The notes beneath the pieces are model-generated. The model was not told the origin of the DNA, made no database searches, and saw nothing but the letters and a program-made list of their open reading frames with translations. 64,000 bases of DNA from Sideroxydans sp. (GTDB lineage: Bacteria > Pseudomonadota > Gammaproteobacteria > Burkholderiales > Gallionellaceae), in the NCBI GenBank assembly GCA_041653255.1, contig JBAZFV010000001.1, positions 255-64,254 on the forward strand. The letters are read 5' to 3'. Positions 20,644 to 28,632 of the stretch are shown here, one piece after another (position 1 is the first letter of the stretch; each line of letters opens with the position of its first letter). Made by a program: the position numbers and the translations under genes.

Positions 20644-21425
20644 TGCGCAGTCGGCTCCGTTTTCGGTTGCCACGGATGCGGTCGCGACGCGGTGGGGCGA
20701 AGCCCGCTGGTGCGGGAGCGACCGTCTGGCACCCCCTCCCGCAATCGGCTGGCTTCGCCAGGAACGTGTCGGGGGTGCGGTCGCGACACGGTGGGGCGGA
20801 GCCCGCTGGTGCGGGAGCGACCGTCTGGCACTCCCTCCCGCAATCGGCTGGCTTCGCCAGGAACGTGTCGGGGGTGCTCCTTTCGCCATTGCCACGGCGG
20901 TTCCGGTGCATTCTGCTGCCACAGGCCGCGTTGCGCCGTCCGTGCTTCGCTTTGCAGATCGAGATAAGTGCGGTCGCGGTGATAGTACGAGTATTCCCAC
21001 GCCATGCCGCGCCGTACCTGTTCCTGATTCACATTCAGTCCCGCCACATACAGTGTGCCGATGATGCGCTTATATTGATCGACGGCACGCTGCTCAATCT
21101 GCACCTCGCGCTTGCACGCCAGTTCGCACAAAGAGCGGCGCGACTGCTTGCCGTAAGGCTGCGCCTTTTCCGGCGCATCGATGTCGGCCAGGCGCACCTT
21201 CAACACTTTACTGGCGGAGCCAGCCGATTGCGGGAGAAGGTGCGATGCAGCCTCTCCCGCACCAGAGGGCTCCGCCCCACCGTCTCGTGGCCGCACCTTG
21301 AGTTTATGTGTACCACGCAGCACCAGCACGGTATCGCCATCCAGCACCGCGATCACTTTGGCATCGAAGGTTTCCGCCTGAACATTGAACGCCAAGCCGC
21401 AAAGCAGACCGAACCACCACTTCAT
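20640..21425 (-). CDS. Exported thermonuclease (SNase family) with three in-frame 33-aa repeat inserts
   Basis: Signal peptide MKWWFGLLCGLAFNVQA; VLDGDT, RLADIDAPE, DQYKR, GMAW, RGLW. Confidence 0.9.
   Translation of the reverse strand: MKWWFGLLCGLAFNVQAETFDAKVIAVLDGDTVLVLRGTHKLKVRPRDGGAEPSGAGEAASHLLPQSAGSASKVLKVRLADIDAPEKAQPYGKQSRRSLCELACKREVQIEQRAVDQYKRIIGTLYVAGLNVNQEQVRRGMAWEYSYYHRDRTYLDLQSEARTAQRGLWQQNAPEPPWQWRKEHPRHVPGEASRLREGVPDGRSRTSGLRPTVSRPHPRHVPGEASRLREGVPDGRSRTSGLRPTASRPHPWQPKTEPTAQ
20678..20877 (+). repeat. Tandem dimer of a 99-bp-period palindromic element
   Basis: 20677-20775 and 20776-20874 differ at 3 positions. Confidence 0.95.
21194..21294 (-). repeat. Third, inverted and diverged copy of the same element
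   Basis: Collinear without gaps with the reverse complement of the tandem unit; CGCACCTT repeated at 21193 and 21292. Confidence 0.93.
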
Positions 21426-21928
21426 GTCAGTCCAGTTTTGATGATGGCCAAGCAAAGCAGAGCATAGCCCGCCGCCAGAATGTCGTCGAACATCACGCCG
21501 AGGCCGCCATGCCAGTTCTTGTCAAAATGACGAATAGGCTGGGGTTTCAGAATATCGAAGAAGCGAAACAGCAAGAACGCCAGTAGTTGCCATGCCGGTT
21601 CATCCGGGGTGAAGAACAGCACCAGCAGAAAGGCGACCACTTCGTCCCACACGATACCACCATGATCCGCCACACCCAGCGCCTTGCCGGTGATGTCACA
21701 CACCCTCACACCGATGACGAACGCCAGGACCAGTATCAGGATAAACGCCATATCCGACAGGCGCGGCGCCAGATACCAATAGAACGGGAAAGCGACCAGC
21801 GTGCCGAAGGTACCGGGCGCTTTGCGCGCCAGCCCGCTGCCAAAGCCAAACGCCAGCAGATGAGCGGGATGGCTGAACAGAAAACGCCAGCCGGGTTGGA
21901 CTCTCAGCTCGTCATGCGAAGTGGTCAT
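21422..21928 (-). CDS. pgpA: Phosphatidylglycerophosphatase A
   Basis: GFGSGL..APGTFGT, DHGGIVWDE, FRFFDILKP, GGLGVMFDD. Confidence 0.95.
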   Translation of the reverse strand: MTTSHDELRVQPGWRFLFSHPAHLLAFGFGSGLARKAPGTFGTLVAFPFYWYLAPRLSDMAFILILVLAFVIGVRVCDITGKALGVADHGGIVWDEVVAFLLVLFFTPDEPAWQLLAFLLFRFFDILKPQPIRHFDKNWHGGLGVMFDDILAAGYALLCLAIIKTGLT

Positions 21929-22856
21929 AACCTGTCTTTTCAATTTTTATTTGTTTGCCCGCCGCGTCATGCAGCACACAGTCGTATCCGGCCCGGATCT
22001 GCCCGATGTGCGTGAGCGGCAAAGCAAGTTGCGCAGCCAATGCAGCCAATGTGCCGCGCGCAGCAACAGGTGCGGTGAAGCAAAGTTCGTAATCGTCACC
22101 ACCGGTCAGTGCGCAGCGTTGTGCATCCGGCTGCGCCACACCTTGCTGCATGACGGGCAGAGATTCGAGATTCACTTCGGCGCCGACTGCAGAACGTTCC
22201 AGAATGTGCCCGAGATCGGCCAGCAGGCCATCAGAGATGTCGATTGCGCTACGAGCAATGCCCCGCAAAGCCAGACCCAGCGCCACGCGCGGTTGTGGCT
22301 GTTGCAATGCCGCCAGGCACATGTCGCGTGTCACCCCATCAAGAACGAATTCGCCTTTGGTATGGGCCAATCCAAGCGCTGCCATGCCCAATACACCCGA
22401 GACCCAGATGTCGTCACCCACTTTTGCGCCATCGCGCCGCAAAGCCTGACCGCGCGGTACTTCACCCATGATGGTGACGCAAATATTGAGCGGCCCGCGC
22501 GTGGTGTCACCGCCCACCAGTTCCACCCCATGCGCGTCGGCCAGTGCGAAGAAACCCGCACTGAAACGCTGCAACCAATCTTCTTCTGCTCGCGGCAGGG
22601 CAAGCGCCAGTGTCGCCCAGCGCGGGACAGCACCCATCGACGCCATATCGGACAGGTTGACCGCCAGCGCCTTGTGTCCCAATCGGAAAGGGTCGGTATC
22701 CGCCAAAAAGTGCGTGCCACTGACCAGCATGTCTGAGGACACTGCCAGCTCCATGCCGTCGCCCGTGCACAGCAGCGCCGCATCGTCGCCCACGCCCAAG
22801 GTCGCACTCGGTGCAGGACGGGTGAAATAGCGCTGGATAAGATCGAATTCCGACAA
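21912..22856 (-). CDS. thiL: Thiamine-monophosphate kinase
   Basis: EFDLI.RYF, GDDAA, VNLSD, GGDT, DISDGL, GGDDYEL; TTG start assumed. Confidence 0.93.
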   Translation of the reverse strand: MSEFDLIQRYFTRPAPSATLGVGDDAALLCTGDGMELAVSSDMLVSGTHFLADTDPFRLGHKALAVNLSDMASMGAVPRWATLALALPRAEEDWLQRFSAGFFALADAHGVELVGGDTTRGPLNICVTIMGEVPRGQALRRDGAKVGDDIWVSGVLGMAALGLAHTKGEFVLDGVTRDMCLAALQQPQPRVALGLALRGIARSAIDISDGLLADLGHILERSAVGAEVNLESLPVMQQGVAQPDAQRCALTGGDDYELCFTAPVAARGTLAALAAQLALPLTHIGQIRAGYDCVLHDAAGKQIKIEKTGYDHFA

Positions 22857-22875
22857 ACCGAACCCCAAAGAATCA

Positions 22876-22942
22876 GCTACAGAGAACACAGAGACTGCGC
22901 AGAGCTTCCGCGCGCCGCAACTTTTTCCGTGATCTCTGTGGC
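22876..22942. repeat. Intergenic hairpin of 9-mer (CACAGAG) repeats
   Basis: gctacagag aacacagag ... ttccgtgat ctctgtggc. Confidence 0.75.
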
Positions 22943-22955
22943 AAGGTTTACGAAA

Positions 22956-23402
22956 TCACTTCGCCTTCACTTCAGCCGCGCGCACTTGCGCCGCCAGTTT
23001 GTCCAGCACGCCGTTGACGAATTTGTGGCCGTCGCTACCGCCGAAGGTCTTGGCCAGTTCCACCGCTTCGTTGATGACCACGCGATACGGCACTTCCGGC
23101 TGGTGCGTCAGCTCGTATGTGCCCAGCAGCAGCACCGAGAACTCGATCGGACTCAATTCATCCAGGGGTCGATCGAGGTACGGCGTGATCTGCGCACCCA
23201 GCGCCTCTTGTTGCGCAATCGTGCCGCGCAACAATTGCTGGTACAACTCGGCGTCGTAGCGCCCCAGACTCTTGTCATCACCGGTGCTGCGCCCGATCTC
23301 GGTCGCGCTGCTGCCCGACAAGCGCCACTCGTAAATACCCTGCAAAGCCAGTTCGCGCGCACGGTGGCGCGGGCTGACCGCGGGTTTCTTTGTTGCGATC
23401 AT
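22956..23402 (-). CDS. nusB: Transcription antitermination factor NusB
   Basis: [31 protein letters not shown]. Confidence 0.96.
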   Translation of the reverse strand: MIATKKPAVSPRHRARELALQGIYEWRLSGSSATEIGRSTGDDKSLGRYDAELYQQLLRGTIAQQEALGAQITPYLDRPLDELSPIEFSVLLLGTYELTHQPEVPYRVVINEAVELAKTFGGSDGHKFVNGVLDKLAAQVRAAEVKAK

Positions 23403-23851
23403 GCCAAGTCACGCGCCAGATTGACCATCTCGATCGCAACCAGTGCCGCTTCGGCGCCCTTCACATTCATGCGTGCTTCCGCCTGTTCGTCGGTGTCGGT
23501 GGTCAGGATCGCATTAGCGATGGGGATACCGACCGCGAGCTGCACTTCACCCACACCGCGTGCCGACTCGTTGGAGACGATTTCGAAATGATAGGTATCG
23601 CCACGGATCACCGCACCGAGCGCGATCAGCGCATCGTAATCGTGGCTCTCCGCCATTTCCCACAGCACCAGTGGAATCTCCAGCGCACCGGGCACGGTGG
23701 CCAGTACGATGTCGTCATCCGCCACCCCGCTTTGCAGCAGTTGTGCGCGGCAGGCTGCGAGCAATCCTTCGCACACAATCGGGTTGAAACGGCTCTGCAC
23801 GATACCGATGCGCATGCCACTGCCGTTCAGATTCTTTGCTATTTCTCTCAT
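23399..23851 (-). CDS. ribH: Lumazine synthase
   Basis: [24 protein letters not shown]. Confidence 0.96.
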   Translation of the reverse strand: MREIAKNLNGSGMRIGIVQSRFNPIVCEGLLAACRAQLLQSGVADDDIVLATVPGALEIPLVLWEMAESHDYDALIALGAVIRGDTYHFEIVSNESARGVGEVQLAVGIPIANAILTTDTDEQAEARMNVKGAEAALVAIEMVNLARDLA

Positions 23852-24969
23852 TTTTTATCCTTGTCAGAACCCTTATATTTGGCCGAACAATATCCGGTGA
23901 TCTCCAGCCCGAAGCCGGTCATACTGGGCATCTTGCGCGGGGTGGCGATCAAACACATCTTGCCCACGCCGACATCGCGCAGGATCTGCGCGCCGATACC
24001 GTAACTCTTGGGATCCCATTTGGTTGCATGATGGTCGGCGTGGGTATCCAAGGCGCGGGCACGCAAGCTCTGCGCCGTTTCATCCTGATGCATCAGCACC
24101 AGCACACCGCTCGATGCCGCGCTGATCTTCTGCATCGCCTCATGCACGCTGGTACCCTGCTGAAAGCTGGCCTGCTCCATGAAATCCAGCACCGACAACG
24201 GCTCGTGCACACGCACCAGCGTCTCGAACTGCGGCTGAATATCACCATGCACCAGCGCAAGATGGGTGCGCTGCGTGCTCTTGTCGGCATACACGAACAA
24301 CTCGAATTCGCCATAAGCCGTTTGCAAAGTGCGTCGGCCAACGCGCTCGATCAGGGTCTCGTTGTGGGAGCGGTATTCGATCAGATCGGCGATGGTGCCG
24401 ATCTTCAGTCCATGCTGTTTGGCGAACGGGATCAAGTCTGGCAGACGCGCCATCTCGCCGTCTTCCTTTAATATTTCGCAGATAACAGCCGCCGGGGTCA
24501 ACCCCGCCAGCTGCGCCAGGTCGCAGCCGGCTTCGGTATGGCCGGCGCGCACCAGCACCCCGCCGTTCTGCGCCATCAGCGGGAAGATGTGTCCCGGCTG
24601 CACAATGTCGCCGGGGAGGGCATCCCTGTTCGCCGCCGCCAGAATGGTGCGGGCACGGTCGGTTGCCGAAATGCCGGTGGTGACACCGCTTGCCGCCTCG
24701 ATGCTGAGGGTGAAGTTGGTCGCCAGCGGCAGTCCGTTCTCGCGCACCATCAGCGGCAGGTCGAGTTGTCTGCAATGCGCCTGCGTCAGCGTCAGGCAGA
24801 TCAGGCCGCGCCCGTGCCTGGCCATGAAGTTAACCATTTCCGGCGTGGCGAATTCGGCCGCAAAGACCAGGTCACCTTCGTTCTCGCGATCTTCCTCGTC
24901 CACCAGCACGACCATGCGCCCGGCACGTATCTCTTCGATGATCTCTGTGATCGGTGCAACGTCTGTCAT
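23848..24969 (-). CDS. ribB: DHBP synthase fused to a degenerate GTP cyclohydrolase II domain (RibBX-like)
   Basis: [24 protein letters not shown]; C-terminal domain has VRVHEP without the Zn-binding Cys residues. Confidence 0.9.
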   Translation of the reverse strand: MTDVAPITEIIEEIRAGRMVVLVDEEDRENEGDLVFAAEFATPEMVNFMARHGRGLICLTLTQAHCRQLDLPLMVRENGLPLATNFTLSIEAASGVTTGISATDRARTILAAANRDALPGDIVQPGHIFPLMAQNGGVLVRAGHTEAGCDLAQLAGLTPAAVICEILKEDGEMARLPDLIPFAKQHGLKIGTIADLIEYRSHNETLIERVGRRTLQTAYGEFELFVYADKSTQRTHLALVHGDIQPQFETLVRVHEPLSVLDFMEQASFQQGTSVHEAMQKISAASSGVLVLMHQDETAQSLRARALDTHADHHATKWDPKSYGIGAQILRDVGVGKMCLIATPRKMPSMTGFGLEITGYCSAKYKGSDKDKK

Positions 24970-24982
24970 ATCTTTTTCTCTT

Positions 24983-25588
24983 TCACGTTTTTAATTCCTG
25001 TTCAGCTTGCAGCATTCGTTCCACATAGCGCGCAATGAGATCAATCTCCAGATTCACTGCCATGCCCGCTTTCAATTCATTCAAGGTAGTCATTTGCAGC
25101 GTATGCGGAATCAGATTCACTTCGAACTCATGCCCAGCCACCCGGTTCACCGTCAGGCTGACGCCGTTAATCGTGATCGAGCCTTTCACCGCGATATATT
25201 TGGCCAGTGCCTGCGGTGCACGCACAATCAGGCGCCAGCTCTCGCCGATATCGTTGAATGCGATCACCTCACCCACGCCGTCCACATGACCGCTGACCAG
25301 ATGACCGCCGATACGGTCAGAAAGGCGCATCGCCTTTTCCAGATTGATGTGCGCGCCTTGATGCTCCAGTCCCGTGGTGCAATCCAGCGTCTCGCGCGAA
25401 ACATCGACTGTAAAGTCGTTGCCATCGATCTCCACCACGGTGAGACAGACGCCGTTCACCGCGATACTGTCGCCCAATACAACGTCATCCATGCCGAGCA
25501 ACTCGGTCGCCACCGTCAAACGCAGACCACCCTCGCGGGCCTGTACCGATTTGATCAAACCCGTATCCGCTATGATTCCACTAAACAT
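24983..25588 (-). CDS. ribE: Riboflavin synthase
   Basis: MFSGII, GDSIAVNGVCLT, GGHLVSGHVDG. Confidence 0.95.
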   Translation of the reverse strand: MFSGIIADTGLIKSVQAREGGLRLTVATELLGMDDVVLGDSIAVNGVCLTVVEIDGNDFTVDVSRETLDCTTGLEHQGAHINLEKAMRLSDRIGGHLVSGHVDGVGEVIAFNDIGESWRLIVRAPQALAKYIAVKGSITINGVSLTVNRVAGHEFEVNLIPHTLQMTTLNELKAGMAVNLEIDLIARYVERMLQAEQELKT

Positions 25589-26669
25589 GCCCAATCCTCA
25601 CTGTGATTCGCAGATCACCGCCCACATGACGCACGTCCCGCCATTGTAGTTCCACGCGCTGATCCAGTTGCGTCAGCTCGCCCATATCCGCCAAACCGTG
25701 TGCCGCATCGCCCAGAAACTGCGGGGCGAGATACAACACCAACTCATTCACCAGCGCCGCCCGCAACAGCGCGCCATTCAGCGTCTTGCCCGCTTCTACC
25801 AGTACTTCGTTGATGCCGCGCTGTGCCAGATCGCGCAGCACCGCCGCCAGATCGACCCGCCCGCCGACGGCCGGCAGCATAACGACTTCCGCTCCCACGG
25901 CCTGTAGCGCCGCCCGCTTGCCTTCATCCGTCACGGCGGTATAGATCAGTGTCCCGCCGTCCTGCAACACGCGGGCGGCAGGCGATATGCGCAGATTACT
26001 ATCCAATACCACACGCAAGGGCTGGCGTTCAGTTTCGATTCGCACATCGAGCCGCGGATCATCCGCCAGCACCGTCCCGATACCGGTCAGTATCGCGCAG
26101 GAACGGGCACGCCAATGCTGCACATCGAGTCGCGCCGCCGCGCCGGTGATCCATTTGCTCGTGCCGTTCGCCAGTGCCGTGCGCCCGTCCAGACTGGCCG
26201 CGATCTTGCTGCGCACGAAGGGCAGGCCGCGCGTCATGCGCGACACGAAACCGATATTCAGTTCACGCGCCGCCGCTTCCATCAGGCCGAATTCGACCGC
26301 GATGCCTGCCGTCTGTAGACGGGCGATACCCTGACCGGCGACCAGCGGGTTGGGGTCCTGCATCGCCGTCACCACACGCGCCACACCCGCTCCGACCAGC
26401 GCATCTGCACAGGGCGGCGTTCTGCCGTGATGGCTGCACGGTTCAAGGGTGACATAAGCGGTCGCCCCCCTGGCCGCTGTGCCTGCGGCGCGCAGCGCAT
26501 ACACCTCGGCATGCGGCTCACCGGCGCGCTGATGCCAACCTTCGCCGATAAGCGCGTTGTTCTTTACCAGCACACAGCCAACGAGCGGGTTGGGCGCGAC
26601 GGTCAAACGCCCCCGCTCCGCCAGTTGCAGTGCATGCGCCATCCATTCGTTGTCAGTCGGGATCGACAT
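25581..26669 (-). CDS. ribD: Riboflavin deaminase/reductase RibD
   Basis: HAE, LEPCSHHGRTPPC, SLDG, DDPRL. Confidence 0.96.
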   Translation of the reverse strand: MSIPTDNEWMAHALQLAERGRLTVAPNPLVGCVLVKNNALIGEGWHQRAGEPHAEVYALRAAGTAARGATAYVTLEPCSHHGRTPPCADALVGAGVARVVTAMQDPNPLVAGQGIARLQTAGIAVEFGLMEAAARELNIGFVSRMTRGLPFVRSKIAASLDGRTALANGTSKWITGAAARLDVQHWRARSCAILTGIGTVLADDPRLDVRIETERQPLRVVLDSNLRISPAARVLQDGGTLIYTAVTDEGKRAALQAVGAEVVMLPAVGGRVDLAAVLRDLAQRGINEVLVEAGKTLNGALLRAALVNELVLYLAPQFLGDAAHGLADMGELTQLDQRVELQWRDVRHVGGDLRITVRIGHV

Positions 26670-26678
26670 ACACCGGGA

Positions 26679-27155
26679 TCAATCGCTTTTACGCCGGCGC
26701 GCGGAGGGTTTTCGTACCGCATCCACCGCATCGGTAAAATCATCCACGTCCTGAAAACTCTTGTACACCGAGGCAAAGCGGATGTAGGCGACCTTGTCCA
26801 GTTTCAGTAATTCTTTCATCACCAGCTCGCCGATCTGGCGCGAACCGATCTCGCGCTCGCCGAACGCAAATACCTTTTGCGTGACATGATCGATGGCCGC
26901 ATCGACCAGCTCGGTGGGGACCGGACGTTTGTGCAGGGCGCGCGAGAAACTGGTGCGCAATTTATCCGCATCGAAATCGCTGCGCATCCCGTTCTGCTTC
27001 ACCACTTGCGGCATGCGCAACTCCACCGTCTCGTACGTGGTGAATCGCTTGTCGCACGATACACAGCGGCGGCGGCGGCGAATGCTGTCGCCCTCGTCGC
27101 TCTCGCGCGTATCGATCACCTGGGTGTTATCACCTTTGCAGAACGGACATTTCAT
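26679..27155 (-). CDS. nrdR: Transcriptional repressor NrdR
   Basis: MKCPFC, IRRRRRC..C, ATP cone, AYIRFASVY. Confidence 0.97.
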   Translation of the reverse strand: MKCPFCKGDNTQVIDTRESDEGDSIRRRRRCVSCDKRFTTYETVELRMPQVVKQNGMRSDFDADKLRTSFSRALHKRPVPTELVDAAIDHVTQKVFAFGEREIGSRQIGELVMKELLKLDKVAYIRFASVYKSFQDVDDFTDAVDAVRKPSARRRKSD

Positions 27156-27228
27156 AGGATTCAGGAATCAGGACTCAGGATTTGGACAGGGCCTTCCCCG
27201 GTTACCAAATCCCAGCTCCAAAATCCTA
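27155..27228. repeat. Heptamer-repeat (AGGATTC-type) hairpin filling the glyA-nrdR gap
   Basis: aggattc aggaatc aggactc aggattt gg ... ccaaatccca gctccaa aatccta. Confidence 0.8.
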
Positions 27229-28470
27229 GCCGTACACCGGGAAGGCGGTGGTCAACTTCTTCACTTCGTCCACCACGCGCGCAATCACGCTGTCACTGGT
27301 CGGTTCATCGAGCACATCGGCCACCAGATGCGCCAGTTTCTCGGCTTCCAGCTCCGTGAAACCGCGCGTGGTCATTGCCGGAGTGCCGATGCGGATGCCG
27401 CTGGTCACGAACGGTTTTTGTGGGTCATTGGGAATTGCATTCTTGTTCACCGTGATGTGGGCGCGTCCGAGTGCCGCCTCGGCTTCCTTGCCGGTGATGT
27501 TCTTGGCTCGCAGATCGACCAGGAACAGATGGCTGTCGGTGCGGCCGGAGACGATACGCAACCCGCGTTCAGCCAGCACTTTCGTCATCACGCGCGCGTT
27601 GTCCACCACTTGTTTCTGATAGGCCTTGAACTCCTTGCTTCCCGCCTCCTTGAATGCCACCGCCTTGGCCGCGATGACGTGCATCAGCGGGCCACCCTGG
27701 ATACCGGGGAAAATTGCCGAGTTCAACAGCTTCTCGTGTTCCGCCTTGGCCATGATGATGCCGCCGCGCGGGCCGCGCAGCGTCTTGTGGGTGGTGGTGG
27801 TGACAAAGTCGGCAATGCCGACCGGACTGGGATATACACCCGCCGCCACCAGACCGGCGTAGTGCGCCATATCCGCGAACAGGTAGGCACCGACGCTGTC
27901 TGCAATGGCGCGGAAACGCTTCCAGTCGATCACCAACGAATAGGCCGAAGCACCTGCCACGATCATCTTCGGCTTGTGTTCGTTCGCCAGTGCCTGCACC
28001 TGGTCGTAGTCGATCTCTTCCTTGTCATTCAGACCGTACTGCACGGCGTGGTACAACTTGCCGCTGATATTCACCGACGCGCCGTGCGTCAAATGGCCGC
28101 CGTGCGCCAGGCTCATGCCGAGGATGGTGTCGCCGGGTTTCAGCACGGAGACATAAACTCCCTGATTTGCCTGCGAACCTGAGTGTGGTTGCACATTGAC
28201 ATATTCCGCGCCAAACAGCGCCTTGGCGCGATCGATTGCAAGCTGTTCCGCGACATCCACAAACTCGCAACCACCGTAATAACGCTTGCCCGGATAACCC
28301 TCGGCATATTTGTTGGTGAGCTGGCTGCCCTGCGCTTCCATCACTGCCGGGCTGGCATAGTTCTCCGAGGCGATCAATTCGATATGATCTTCCTGACGGG
28401 CGTTTTCTTTTTGAATCGCATCCCACAGATCGGGATCGACAACGGCGAGGGTATTTTTGCGCGGGAACAT
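27226..28470 (-). CDS. glyA: Serine hydroxymethyltransferase
   Basis: [32 protein letters not shown]. Confidence 0.98.
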   Translation of the reverse strand: MFPRKNTLAVVDPDLWDAIQKENARQEDHIELIASENYASPAVMEAQGSQLTNKYAEGYPGKRYYGGCEFVDVAEQLAIDRAKALFGAEYVNVQPHSGSQANQGVYVSVLKPGDTILGMSLAHGGHLTHGASVNISGKLYHAVQYGLNDKEEIDYDQVQALANEHKPKMIVAGASAYSLVIDWKRFRAIADSVGAYLFADMAHYAGLVAAGVYPSPVGIADFVTTTTHKTLRGPRGGIIMAKAEHEKLLNSAIFPGIQGGPLMHVIAAKAVAFKEAGSKEFKAYQKQVVDNARVMTKVLAERGLRIVSGRTDSHLFLVDLRAKNITGKEAEAALGRAHITVNKNAIPNDPQKPFVTSGIRIGTPAMTTRGFTELEAEKLAHLVADVLDEPTSDSVIARVVDEVKKLTTAFPVYG

Positions 28471-28632
28471 GGTATGCCTTCCAAATTAAGGGAAACTGAA
28501 AAGGGCGCGCATTTTATCACGCCCTTACCAACAAGGCATTTGCGATCATGGCCGGCAATCCAAACTGTTTACCCGCCACACAGATGTCAGTGCGGCAGGA
28601 AAGGTATTCCTTGCCTGTTCACCGTTTTACGC

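Noticed and set aside
20677-20877. CRISPR-like array
   Set aside because: Units are near-identical over 99 bp with no unique spacers, and there are no cas genes.
20644-21000. 119-aa N-terminal extension of HrpA in the ORF track
   Set aside because: Caused by the stop-free repeats. It overlaps the nuclease CDS, and ATG 20643 gives a normal ATGA coupling.
21228-21241. Resemblance to the synthetic ATP DNA aptamer 3' half
   Set aside because: The partner G-rich strand is absent and the match is lost in the other copies; coincidence.
28471-28632. Riboswitch (ZTP or glycine) upstream of glyA
   Set aside because: Only one simple hairpin and a promoter-like TAAAAT close to the start; no aptamer consensus seen.
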